Source: Tricharina praecox
Lineage: Eukaryota
NCBI RefSeq assembly: GCF_024521635.1
Contig: NW_026250422.1
Coordinates: 310,001 to 374,000, forward strand
DNA length: 64,000 nt
Reading direction: 5' to 3'
Shown here piece after piece: positions 30,044 to 42,929 of the stretch; positions within the stretch are counted from its first letter, which is position 1; the number at the start of each line of letters is the position of its first letter. The notes under the pieces are model-generated. The model was given only the letters and a program-made list of their open reading frames with translations, was not told the DNA's origin and did no database searches. A program made the position numbers and the translations under genes.

Positions 30044-30840
30044 GTGGATGCATCTATCGAAATGGAGAATGCCGCGTCTTCCAAGTTCCTTTTCGATATA
30101 GACAGACAGACCATCATCATCCCCGAAACCGGCATGCTGCTGCTGTTCTCTCTCCTTCATCCCCCTCCCTCCCCGGCATGGCCGTCTCGGATGGGATGGG
30201 ATGGATGGATGGGATGGATGGGAGGGGGGGAGGAGGGCATGGGTCGTTCGTTCGTTTCGCTCATGTCATATGTTCGTCAACAGAGACGACTGGACGACTC
30301 GACGACGACGGTGGACTCTGGACTCGGGAGCGCGTGCAGGGTGAGGTGAAAAGCTGTCGTCATGCATTGGAGATGAGAAACGTCGTCGACACTTTCTCCC
30401 TACATAGGATGGTGCTCGACTGCTCAACTGCTAGACCTCTCAACTCCTCGACCTCTCAACCGCTCAATCGCAGTTACAGAACCTATTTTTTGTTTTGTTT
30501 CGGTTTTAACGCCGTGTGCCTGCGCGCAGCGCGATCCCTCTAGCATGTAGGCATACTACCCTATCATAGCCACGCCGATGATCATGTTTCCAGGCCATGA
30601 CCCGAGTCGAAATCGCGGGGAAGCATATTGCATTAGTATTCGGACAAGCTGGGCGGTACCAGTAGGCTGGCTGTCCGAATACCCACGCGATCATAGTAGT
30701 ATATAGAGAGTAGGATTAGAGTAACGCCCCGTCCGGCGGCCGCGCGCTATGAAGAACGGACACTTGTGGCTTGAGCATGTTGGTGCTCGCGCTTTTACTC
30801 GTGCTTGTAGGGTAGTTTTTGACGCGAAAAGAGCAGTACC

Positions 30841-30944
30841 TTACTGACGCGAATAAAGTACCGACCTTACTGACGCGAATAAAGTACCGACCTTACTGAC
30901 GCGAATAAAGCCATGGAGCAGTAGAGTACTGACGCGAAGTAAAG
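30841..30944. repeat. 26-bp tandem repeat TTACTGACGCGAATAAAGTACCGACC, 2.7 copies plus one degenerate copy
   Basis: Units start at 30841, 30867 and 30893; TACTGACGCGAAGTAAAG at 30927. Confidence 0.9.
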
Positions 30945-32188
30945 CAAAAAGCACATTTCCATTTCCTGGGACCCCGCTAACCACCTGGTTAAACCACCTA
31001 ACGACCTTAACCACCATATGTAGCTGCTGCCAGGTAGCATGTAAAGTAAAAGTCCTGTACCCAATTCCGTGGTTCAATTGTTGCACACTGCTGTACCACC
31101 ACCACTCGAACCAAGCAGTTCCAGCAGCTCCAGCAAAGCAGGATATCTAACGGGCCCGTTTCTGATAGAGTGGGATGGGATGTGTGGGATGGGCCTGATG
31201 AATTTCGCCAACCATGCCAACCCAAACATTCATCACCATGACCACACCACTATTCCGGTCCCAACTCCTCCTCCATGTTTCCCCCCAACCCTTCATCCCA
31301 TCCCTCATCCGACCCCATCACCACCCCCTCTCCCCACAAAGTTCAGTCCGAACGAATCAATGCTGATGTGGAACCGTATGATATTGCCGATGTTTGTTCC
31401 CACGAAAGCTCCCCTTACCCTAACTATTTACTGGCCGACCAAAGTAATTACATCGCAGGCAGACATAGAGTCTAGCTACAGTTAACTTGAAAACGCACTT
31501 TCCCAACCCGTAGTAGACAAATGAGATGTAAAAATAGCAAGCAGACAAACAAAACGGAAAAAAAGATCAAAGCAGAAAGGAAAAAGGGATAGAAAAGAGG
31601 AAAAAAACAAGCAGAACCCAACCAGCCCATAGGATAACAAGAGCTATGCGTAAGCGATAGACCCTAGGAAGAGAGATGGGGGGTAGTTGTACTCGAACTG
31701 CAACGCATAAAATCACGAAAAGAAAGAAACAGACAGGCGCAGTCGCTTTTTCTTCCCTCGCCTCGCCTCTCTCTCCTTTCTCAAATATTCGCCGTTTCCC
31801 CAGAACTTCACTGCCCCTCGCCGGAAGAATGCACCTAAACCCGTTCTAAGCAACACAATGAAAACGACTAAAAGCAGAGCCCCAACGTGAGATCTAGCCC
31901 TCTGTCGCGATCGGACCCCCATAACAGCTCGATACGCCAGAGCAAGCAGAAAATTAACAACACACGAAAAGAACAAAGCCGAGTCTGAACAATGAACACA
32001 GAAGAGAAATGTTTGTGGATCGGGAAAAAAAAGAGAGATGAACGCAAACCCTCACCACCTAAAGCAACCCCCCACCCCCTATCGCAACTCGCACCTCGTA
32101 GAATCGTCCCGTCGTTTTTTTTTTCGAAACAGTATGTAGTGGCAACTGATGGGAGAACGGTATATGTACTGGTCGACTCGTGGCGTCG

Positions 32189-33914
32189 TTATGGGTTGTA
32201 AGTGGGAGCTGTAGAAACATCAGGATCAAGTTCAGCATCCGCATCAGGTTCCTCACCGCCGGTAGTAGTGCTAGTGTTACCGTTACTCTGTGTGGTCGCA
32301 GCACGCTGCTGACCAGCGTACATCTGCTGTGGCTGTGCGCCGTACTGGGGCGCGGCACTGTATCCAGCGTAGATGGGCTGCTGCTGGGCGTACTGTTGCA
32401 TGTTCTCCATCGGGGCGGTAGGAGCGGCGGTGGGGCTGTAGTGCACACCATTCGAGGCCGCCATCGAGACGTTGGGCTGGTACGAAAGCGGAGGGGGGAG
32501 CTGACGCTGGCCCGGAGCCATGTTGTTCACGTACGGCGAGCCGGAAGCGGGAGGCTGATTCTCGGCGGTAGGGGCCGCCGAACCCTCGTCCTGAGCCCTT
32601 CTGCGAGCCTCTTCCTCTGCCGCCTTTCGCTGAGCTTCCTCCTCCTTCTTACGAGCCTTCCATTCCTTACGGATCTCCTTGAATTCTATTGAAACCAGGA
32701 GGAATATGCGTCAGTATGGTTGGGAATGAATAGGGACGAGATAGAGTATTCTTGGATGCGGAGGTGGAAGGTAGTGAGTGGAGGAGGAGGAAGTGAACGA
32801 GTGTAGTATAGTGGGGTTACACTAAAAAAACCGGTAGTAGTAGTAGCGCGTTCCTTACGCGAGAGGCACACGAGGCCCCAGCAACGCGATAACATGCGAG
32901 CGGAAAAAAAGTATTAAAAATGTATATAAAAAAAGTAGACTTACCATCGGGTGTTCGCTTAGCACCATGACCTTGCATGGTCACGTGGGCGTTGAGATGG
33001 TTCAGTGTTCCGTAAGCCTTCTCGCATCCGTTCCATCCACACTTGTACATGCGCTCGATTTCCTCGTAACGCCGACGCGGACGCTTATTCTGAGTGGCAC
33101 CGGGAATTGGAACGAACGAGTAAACCTGCGAGAGGGGGTGGTTGGTGGGCCCATCGCCTGAGCGTTTTCGGTTGGGCTTCTGTGCCGAAACGGGACGCGC
33201 GGTCGCAACCATGTTAGGAGCCCCGGCCATTGTGGTGGGCGATGGCGAGTGGCCGTAGGGGCCGGGGGCCATCTGATGAGGGGCCGGGCCGTAGGGAGAC
33301 CAATCCTGCCTCCAGGCCTGGTTGGCCGCACCGGGGTGTTGTTGGTAACCTTCACTCATGGCGTGCGCACCGGGAGGATATTGCGATCCGTAGTGAGCGC
33401 CGGGGGAGAAGGAGGCGGGGCTCGGAGCTGCCACGGTAGAATCTGGAGACATTTCAGGATCCGCCTTTGCTGAGGATGGAGAATTGGATGTAGAAACTGT
33501 CCTGGCCATACCTCCACTTGACGTGCTTGATGGTTGATAACGGTGACCGTCGACGTAACGGGGGGCGCCGATGATCTGGTCGGGACCGAAGGTGGGCGTT
33601 CTACTCTGATAGATGGCGCTGGTCTCGGAAGTGGGAGTGGCGGAGGCCGAGTAGGTCGATCGCGCGTCTTGAGGGGCTGACTGCTGGTGCTGGGGAGTGC
33701 TCGCGGAGCTGTCGTTGTTTTCGATGTGAGCTGGAGGATAGCCTTGGTAAGAGTTGGAAGTTGATAGAGCGGCAGATGGGTATTCTGAAGGTGTTGGCCT
33801 ACTGTCCATAGAACTTTGGGGGCGAAATTGGGGGCTCTGCGCGTGTCCGTTCTGTTGTTGTTGCTGGTGCTGATGCTGTGAATGATACTGAGCCGACAGC
33901 GAATAAGCTACCAT
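32189..33914 (-). CDS. CON7: Con7-type single C2H2 zinc-finger developmental transcription factor. Exons: 33914-32945, 32685-32189
   Basis: Spliced sequence QVYSFVPIPGATQNKRPRRRYEEIERMYKCGWNGCEKAYGTLNHLNAHVTMQGHGAKRTPD-EFKEIRKEWKARKKEEEAQRK is the Con7 signature. The intron has donor GTAAGT, branch TACTGAC and acceptor AATAG. An additional upstream exon cannot be excluded. Confidence 0.92.
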
Positions 33915-36900
33915 ACTATATCGAAAGCGACTGGTACGCGACGAGGGCGGGCGATCGGTATAGAGCTGTTGTTAAAGGGCTCTGGGGTGGTGCCAATTGC
34001 GATAGCGAGTGTAGGACGGGGGTTGTTGGGTGGTAGAGGTAGTTGATGGAGGATATCCAAGTAAGTTTTTTCTTTTCTCGTGACACGAACGAGTTACTGG
34101 ACTAAAGGACAGTCGGAGCGAGGTTGTAACCTTTGGTTGGGTAGTGGCGGAAGAGGGTAGTAGTATAGTGGAGAGGGGGGTGGGAGGTAGGGAGTGAGAA
34201 GTGAGAGCGGGTAGGGGGGTGGAGGAGTAGGTTGGAATAGTGTTGGGGCTGGTAGTAGTAGTTTTTTTTTTTGGGGTGATGATGGTGGTGGGGAGGGTGA
34301 GATAAACTCAGACCAGCCAGAGCCAACGGACGGGTCCTGTTGGTGCAGTGCAGAAGCGGCGTGGTGTGTGTGTCTGTTGCGTGGAAGGGAAGAGTGAAAC
34401 CTTGGAGGGGGGTGGTGGATTCGAAGGGGGCGGGGCGGAAGGTAGTCAAGCGGAGGTGGTAGGGGGGGTGGTTGGTGGTAGGTGGTAGTTGGGGAGTAGT
34501 GGAGCGGATTCCAGAAAGGAATTGGGGCGGAAAGTTTTTGGTGTGGGTTTTGTGGCCTCGGGGGGCGGGAGAGGAGGGGGGGCAAAATCGCGTGGGTTGC
34601 GATATTTTAGTTAAATTCTTAGGGCGAGGCTTAGAAAGCACGTAAGAAAGAACTGGAGAGCAAAGATATATCAACCACACAGCGCCGCTTCGGATTTTGG
34701 AAGTGGGATTGGGTTGTTATTCGCGGGAGGAGGGAAGCGGACAGGACGGAGTGGGAGGTGGTTGGAGGGGTGGGGATATTCTGGAATCCGGCAGAGCAAG
34801 AGGGAGGAGGGTTGTGGTGGGGGAGGAGGAGGAGGGACTGAGCGAGTGGGAGTGGCAGTGGTGGGCACTTCCTCGCTCTCTGCTGCTCTTTTTTTTTTGC
34901 CGCCGCCGCTGCCGGTGCTGTTCGGGCGGGTTACGGGAGAAGGCGAGGAAGAGGAGGTAAAAGGAGAGGCCGAGGAAGATGAGGAGAAGGGAGTGAGGCT
35001 CGGATTCAGATAGTCGGGCCAGTGCGGTTTCTGTTCCCACGATACCTCTATGCCCTCGTCCGAATTTTGGACAATATTTTTTTTTTAGCGTTTAGCGTCG
35101 ACGTTGGTTGAGCGTTTGGCACACGATAGCTTCTGCCAGATCTCCGAATGGACACTACCCAGATAGAGTACAGACGCAACTGCTAGGGAGATAGAGGTAC
35201 GTGCTATGCTATGTCACTACTGGGCAGCTAGGGCGGCTTTCGTGTGCAATGGCGCCGCTAGGATGACGACAGGGGGAAAGAGAGGGATCAAGAGAGGCGT
35301 AGTCTGGGTCGACGACGACAACAACAACGGCGGCGGCGAGCCGGACCTTCGAGATCGGTCGGATGGCGGAGATGCTCTAGGTAGGTGGAGGCAAGCGGCT
35401 GCCGGCAAGAGCTCGGCGTGAAGAGACTGGACGGCGGATGACGATGTTCGCTGCGGCGAGCCCGGAGAAAAGGGGGTAGGGGTGGTGGGCAGCGAAGCGG
35501 GACAGCGAACGCACTGGAGGGCGAGGGAGGGGGGGGGGAGGAGGAGGAGGAGCGTCGGGCCCGGGGAGACAGCTGGGGGGGCCGGAAGAGGGAAGTGGGA
35601 GAGGGAGAGGGAGAGAGAGAGAGCGCGAGAGAGGGCGGAAGGATAAGAGGAGCGACAGAAGGAACGGCGAGGGAGAGCAAGGGAGAGCAGAGAGAGAGCA
35701 AGGGAGGGGAAAGGGGGGCGACCAAGCGGGCGGAAACTGCTACCACTCTGAGCAATGACGCTGTTGCTGGATGAAGCGTAGCACAGACGATTTGCGGTGG
35801 GCCGGCGGAGAAGGGATAGGAGAGGGTGATGGGCGCAACAGCAATCGGCACACAGGCAGGCAGGCAGGCAGAACGTGCAGGTTGCAGACAGGCAGGCAGG
35901 TCAGAAGGGGGAGGTTGGACCCAGATGGTCACACACGCATAGCAGAGTATGTAAGTAGCGTACATTGAGTACTGTTGTAGAGTGTAACTATGGTTTATGC
36001 TTCGTTCTTAGTTACATGCGATAGCGGACCGTTGAGTGCATGCCACTCTCATCCACGCGCTTTGCTGCCCTCGATGACCTCGCTGCCCCCGTACATGGCC
36101 CTCGATGCCCTCGCTCCCACTCCCATAGCGCGAGCACCCACGGAAAAGTCTGGTCTTGGGGGTGAGTCCGGCTGGAAAGGCGAAGCACCCTGGTGAACGC
36201 CAAACCCCAGTCCAACCCACGTAGAGTAGAGTACTACTCTAGAGCACATACATGCTCGCTTCACCAATCATAAGTTCCGACTGCGTGGGTGCAGAATCGA
36301 GATGTGAGCACTGAAGAGCAGAGCAGAACAATCGAAACGGCTCACGAGTGCTGTTGCGAACATTATTCGCCTCTGTGTACGGGTTTCCGTTGCTTCACGG
36401 CTGCCAGTTACCAGAGTGTGTACTCTACAGTTACGTGAGAACGGCACTCCGGAACCCTTGGAATCCTGCATCTTTTCTCTCGAGCTGCTGCTGTCTCCCG
36501 TGAGCCCACCTCCCACCTTCCTTCCCTCCCGTTGGACTGCCCAAACCCACACAACCATCGAAGGTTGCCCGATTGCCCGCGGGCGGTGGTGGTGGCGGCA
36601 GTCACGGTGGTGGCTCCGGTGAAGCTCGAGATAGTGGTGGTGGCGGATATCGTGCATCTCGCGATCCGAATGGATGTGCAGGAAAACAATTATTCGGTGC
36701 TTGCTCGTACTCGTCGTACGTACGTGCCCAAGGTACTCCACAATGCACATGACAGCCAGAGCCACCGGCGGAATAAGACAGCCGGAAGAAACGCGTGATC
36801 CGAACGGCTGGCTGCGCGCGAGTGATCGCTCTCGACTCTCGAGTACATAGAGTACCGTACTCTGCCGGTACCTACTCTACCAGCCTGCATTCTGTATGTA

Positions 36901-36948
36901 AGTAAGCATTTGCCATCGGAAGCAGCATAAAGCATAAGGAAGCATCAT

Positions 36949-37001
<53 letters not shown>
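36949..37001. repeat. (ATC)n trinucleotide microsatellite, about 17 copies
   Basis: Read directly from the sequence. Confidence 0.95.
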
Positions 37002-40000
37002 TACCATCACCGCCGCCGCCAGCATCGCCGCCCTCCTCCCCCTCCCCGCTGTGCAGGCACACCCATACACACCCCTCGAGCCTGACCCCTTCCCCCGGTC
37101 GCTTGCTCTCCTGTAACTTCATTCGATTCCTGTCGGTCGCCAGCTCTTTCAATCCTACTTTGTTCCGTGCATTTCGCCTGGAGTTCCAAATACATCTTTT
37201 GCTCTAGAGTGCGGTGTGTACTGTGTAGTGTGCAGGCGTTCGATTGCTGCTCGGTGTGTGTGTGAGCGTGAGTGTGTGTGCATGTATGTATATGTGTGTG
37301 AGGGTAATCGAGTGGCCTGGTAAATGGCCTGGTACCGTAAATTGCTGCGTCTTGAATCTTGATGATGGTGAGAGTGTGGTGTGTGCAGATAATAATATCA
37401 GACGAAAGCTTTGTTCTCCGCCACTTCCACACTACCACCACTATTACCACTATATACCACTACCTCCACCATCTCCGCCCACGCGTGAAACGGTGGGGCA
37501 ACATAGTGGCAGCCAGTGCAGCCTATGGAACGCCTCACACCAGAGACCTATCTAGATCCCGTCTGCGCGAACATCCCATTCCAGAAATTCGCTGGAGTTA
37601 TACAGTTGTATTTGCCCTCATGATCTGTTCTTTCTGCCTATCATACGCTCGATTCAGCCCCTCCCCCCTTCTCTTCTCCTCTTCTTCTTCCTCTTCTTCT
37701 TCCTCCTCTCCCCTCCGTCTCCGTGTCTCTCGGCTACCCGAAAGAAAGAGAAAAAAAAGAAAACGGAGGGCAGAGATCAGAGGTCAGAGGTGCATCGTGC
37801 AGAGGGGCAGCAGAGAACCGTTCATTCGATTCGCTGGGACCGGACCCAGTCAAGACGGAGCACAGCAGCAAATACGCTCACATGGCAAATTCCACCGGCC
37901 CTCCACCACCAGCACCACCGCCGGCCACCGAAAAAGTTCCAACATATGTAGGGGGGTTGTGGTGGTGGAGGCCCATGACGACAGTCATCGCCAGAATCAA
38001 AAAGCCCCCCGAGATGCCGTGGTGCCGAATGAGATCCCTCACGCCTCGTTCTCCTCTCCGCCCGTGTTTGTGGATGTGGATGGATGGATGGATGGATGGA
38101 TGGCCATATCGCATCGAGACCCTCGTTTTTTCTTCTTTCCTTTCTTTGTTTTGTTTACCCCCCTCCCTCCCTCCCTCCCTCCCTCCTTTTCCCCTCCGTA
38201 TTCCACGGCGATACCGATATGCTTCAATTTGCGCACGGCAGCAGCCAGCGACGACGACGCAACAGGGCTCGGCTAATTGGCCTGGCCTGGGGGGAACGCT
38301 GAGCTGTATGGGGGAAAAACTGGTGAGGCAGCACTTACCCTTACACCCGAGTACTCTGCGGTATCTACTCTGCTCTGCTCCGTGGAGAATCATCAAGAAG
38401 GAAAGGATCGTGACATTTACCGACTCGAAATTGTGCGACCAAGCCTTTTCGTTGCCTCTATCTATTATGATTTTTTCCCTTTTTTTTTTTAACTTCTCTT
38501 CATCTTCCTTTGTCACTTGCCATCCGAGATTTGTGGCTGGCGAGACTGACCGTACCGCACCGCACTGGAAGACTGACCGTACCGCACCGCACTGGACTGG
38601 ACTGGACTGGACTGGGATATTACACACGGAAAGGAAGGCGCAGTTCCGGGTAGAGCGCTTCGAAGTACCCCACTCGGCCACTCTATGTACATATGCCAGC
38701 CAGCCAGCCAGCAGACAGCAGACACCTCAGGCTCGGGGGAAGGAGGAGAGGTATGATGTTACTCTGCTGCTTGCTCCTGCTTGTTGCTGATGATGCTGCT
38801 GATTATACGATGCTGATACGTCGTCGTCGTCGGAATACCGTACTTTCTTTCCCCTTCTTCTTCGGTGGCATGTGGCCCGGGCAACATCGAAAAATCGTCG
38901 AGGGAGGGGGGGTTTAATCCGAAATTCGAAATTCGAAATTCACTGAATTCTTGAATTATTTTAAAATCGTGAACTGACGGACGGGCGGCGAGCTCGGAGC
39001 GACTCGACCGACGTACCTCCACCCGGGCTCCCGACCTCGGCGTGGTGACGTGAGAAGATGTTGGATGTGGGTGAGCCACGGAGAGAGGGAGGCAAACTGC
39101 ATATTTCCAGTATGTATTGTACATAGAGTAGATGTTTCGATCGCTCGATAGATGCTCTACTCTATGTAGGTAGAATGGATGAATCGAATGGACAGAGTGA
39201 CGGCTGGATGCATCCCTCCATCCAGACTCCAGAGTCTCGGTCGGCAAGGCAACAAAAAAAAACACATGTACTCATGTAACTACAAGGAATATCATCAGAT
39301 CTTGCGGAGGAATCTACGATATCCAGCCAGCCGTTGTTGGGGTTGGGTTGGGGCTATTTGCTGCCTATTCGCCCGCCTGGCTGTCTACTAGATATGGCTG
39401 TCTGCCTGTTTTCTCTATCGACTCTACATAGGTTAGGTAGGTAGGTGAGGTAGCTAGAGGAAACGTGCGTATCGGAGGGAGGGGGGGTGATTCCGGTGCC
39501 GTGGTTTGCAAATGGCAATGGGCCTTTGGGATGAAAGGGCAGCAAGCAAGCAGGCAGGCAGACGACAGGCAAGAAGGGAAGAGCGAGGGTCAGTTTGGTT
39601 AGGCAAGTAGCATAGGTAGGTGCCTACATACACAGGCCAGTATGGATGTGTGTATGTAGGCCAGTTAGTTACCGGTATCTATAAAGTAGAGTAGAACTGA
39701 AGCGTGCGAATCATTCCCGTTGAAACAATGGACGCGAGCCCGTTCGGTCGCCGGTCGCCTGACGGACATGATGAATTTGTGTGTATGTAGAGAGTACATT
39801 CAGGCTCATGGTTGCTTTCCACTCATCCATCCATCCATCCATCCGAAGAGGTGCATATTCTGTTTCTCACTCACTCTTCTCACCCACTCGGTGACTCCTG
39901 TCCAGGAGGATGAGAAGGATGAGGAGACGGTGGGAGCACAGGCATCGTCACGCATCGTCAGGCAGGCAGGCTACACAGGCAGCAAAGCAGGAAAGTAATC

Positions 40001-40146
40001 AGTCAGTCAGTCACACACGGCCTGACTCCCTCGACCACCGAGTCCCGACGCTGCCCGCGCACCGCATCACCAGACCATTGAGTTTGAGCGGAGAGATCGA
40101 ACTCGAAACGAAGCATGCTCCTCTACTTACCAAGCAGATACTTGCG

Positions 40147-40557
40147 ATGCCATGCCAGCATTGGATTTGCCAGACATGCGGATTTATGCATGGTGCCGTT
40201 GTAACTTGTAACTTGTGCGGCTGTTGCTTCGAAGCTGCTTCGAAGCTCGAAGCTCGAAGTTCAATTGTATCTTTGATCCGCAATAACTCGTCGAGTGACT
40301 CGATTCTCGAATCCTCCTCCACCTCGACAACCACATCTCTGCCGGAGCTCTCTCACTCTCACTCCTACTCTCTCTCGCCAGTCACCAGCGCCGGCGCCGG
40401 CGTGCTCTCGCTTGAGCCAACGTCCGGTGGTACATCCAATCGTAACGAGGACACCAAGGACACCAAGGACACCAAGGACACCAAGGACACCAAGGACCAT
40501 GGGGTTTCCGTGACCTGCATGGTTTCGTTTAGTTTGGGCGCGAGCTTGCTAGAGTAG
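40147..40557 (+). CDS. Candidate 136-aa small protein with an N-terminal zinc-ribbon-like motif (tentative)
   Basis: ATG 40147: MPCQHWICQTCGFMHGAVVTCNLCGCC, giving W-x-C-x2-C-x3-H-x5-C-x2-C, then a Ser-rich tail and (DTK)5. Confidence 0.3.
   Translation: MPCQHWICQTCGFMHGAVVTCNLCGCCFEAASKLEARSSIVSLIRNNSSSDSILESSSTSTTTSLPELSHSHSYSLSPVTSAGAGVLSLEPTSGGTSNRNEDTKDTKDTKDTKDTKDHGVSVTCMVSFSLGASLLE
40449..40497. repeat. 9-bp tandem repeat GGACACCAA, 5 copies
   Basis: Read directly. The repeat is frame-preserving within ORF 40147-40557. Confidence 0.92.
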
Positions 40558-42836
40558 TATGCCACTGTGCCATCATACTACTAACTAGAGCAGAGTAGAG
40601 TAGAGTAGACAATGCCACCCTGGGGAGAATCCCGCGGGCTACTCTAGAGTACCTGAAGAAGTGGGGAGGGTTAAGAAGAAGATGGAGAAGACGACGGAGA
40701 AGAAGAAGAAGCCCGCCCGCACGCCGGACCAGAACCACAGCCACAGCCACATGGTGGTTTGAGACCCGGCGGCTTGACTTGTGCAGGCTGTGTCTGCGGT
40801 GCCGTGCTTCATAGGGTGGACTCCACGTCTCACCCACTCACTCACGATATATTCCGGCGGCCTTTTCCTTTTCCTTTTCCTTTTTTTTGAGTATTTTTTT
40901 TGCCTCAGACAAGAAGCAATCCTTGCCGCGGAAAGCACAGTACTCTACATACGAGGGGGGGGCGGTGGGTACGGTAACACCACCCTCAATTCCGGATGCG
41001 CGGCTTGTCCGGTTCGTTCGTTCTTTCGTTCGTTTCTCTGCTGCTTGCTGCTGCTGCTGCATGGTGATGTCAAGTCGGGGGGTTGCGCGTTATGCAGGGT
41101 TCAACCTACAGGAAGTATGTATGGAAGTACCTACGGGGGGTTTTTTTCCTCCAGCCAGGGAGAGGCAGAGGTCGCTCCCACCGGAGAGAGAGGGAGAGGG
41201 AGAGGGCGATCAACGACAACGAGAGGGAGAGGGAGAAAGAGCACGGATGGACTGAACCTTCCCGCCGTCGCCGCTGTCCCCGCCGCAATGGGGTCCGGCA
41301 ACCTCCCTCGTTCGAATCCGCTTTGATGTTGATGATGATGATGATGATGCTCCGGTCAATCTACATACCTGGAGGTTCTATCCTCTTCATCCATCCCTCC
41401 ATCCTTCCTTTCTTCCATCCTTCCATCCCAGCTACGCGCGCACGACGCCGACGTCGCAGTATGTACCATACGTACATCACAGAGCACCCAGGTACATACA
41501 TCCTCTAGGCAATCGGCGAATGTACGTAACTACGTGTGCTACATACTCAACCTTGTATGTATGTACTCTAGGTATGCTCTGCATGCCATCCCTCCCCCGA
41601 CCCCGACACCGACGAGGAGAGACCGAGCATCACATCACACTAGAACGACGTGATATCGTCGACGGCCGCCGGGGGGGGCGTGCGCCTTCTAGATCTTCCC
41701 AGAGGCTGGCTACCTGCCTATCTAGCGCCGTATGGTGAGTAGGCAATCCGAACAACTCACCATCCATCCTTCCATCCACCCATCCAACACATCTCCGCAG
41801 GCTGGCCGCGTGCGGGCGGGCACGGGGTGTGGAGGGGGGAGGGGGGGGGGGGAGGGCAGGCCGTGGAGGAGGGGGGTGGGCCGTGGAGGGGAAGGAGGGG
41901 GGAGGGGGGTAGGGGAGAACACGTTATCGTCTGATGTTCCATCAGGTCCGCTTACACCTTCCGGATACGTCGGATACGCCGTCGTCGGGCACGCACACAC
42001 GCCTGCACTCCTGCACGCCTGCACTCCTGCAAGGGATGGATGGATGGCTGGGTTGCTTGCTTGATTGATTATTGATTGAATTTTTTTAATTTTTTTTGCT
42101 AGGAGTTGTGAGTCGGACAATTCCGCGCGCGCTCGCATGACGAGCGAGCGAGCAGGCGAAACACCGCGCGACACACATAAAAATTTTGTTGTGGCTTTTT
42201 TTTCTCCCGCTGTCTGCGGGAAAAGGGAGCTGGCAAGAACGCCGAGGGCCTCGGGGATCCCGAGATCCAGAATCCAGAATCCAGAATCCAGAATCCAATC
42301 CAATCCTGTCCATGCGGAGCGGAGTTTCCAGGTACGTACTGTCGATGCGTCCTCTACATACACACACAGATACATCATACACATCGACATGTGTTTTTCC
42401 AGTGACACATCCAGCCAGGTGTCTGTGTGGTACTTCGGTACGCCCAGATTGATACTCCATCACATCACCGCAAAGTTTGGGACCGTGCGCGCGCCGCCGC
42501 GGACGTCGTCTCTCTCGTCCACGTCCAAGTCCAAGTCCAGTCCAAGTCCAACACACCCACCTAGAGTACTCTACCGAAGTGCCTACCACCTACCTAGTGG
42601 GATCCCCGATTCGGCCTCCGGAACCCTCGACTGGTACGTACATGATCCATCGACCTCGTGCTGGCTAGCTGGCTGGCTGGCCCCCCACTAGAAGGCAGGC
42701 AACAACTCAACCTCGCATTGCATACCCGCGCCCTGTGACTTCGCCGCTCCACCTCCGTCTCCGTCTCCGTCTCCGTGACAATGTCTCACCTCACTTCCCC
42801 CCAGCGAGCCCCCGAAGCTCCCAGCCCCCCCTTGGT

Positions 42837-42929
42837 TGTCTCTGTTGTCCCTGTCTCTGTTGTCCCTGTCTCTGTTGTCCCTGTCTCTGTTGTCCCTGTC
42901 TCTGTTGTCCCTGTCTCTGTTGTCCCTGT
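42837..42929. repeat. 15-bp minisatellite TGTCTCTGTTGTCCC, 6 copies
   Basis: Read directly from the sequence. Confidence 0.95.

Noticed and set aside
30841..30944. 26-bp repeats as a CRISPR-like array
   Set aside because: Head-to-tail tandem copies with no unique spacers, eukaryotic context and no cas genes.
37359..38790. Overlapping long ORFs of 305, 355 and 267 aa
   Set aside because: Built from microsatellites (GGAT, CCCT, TCT, poly-T), no domain motifs, open on both strands because of stop-poor low-complexity DNA.
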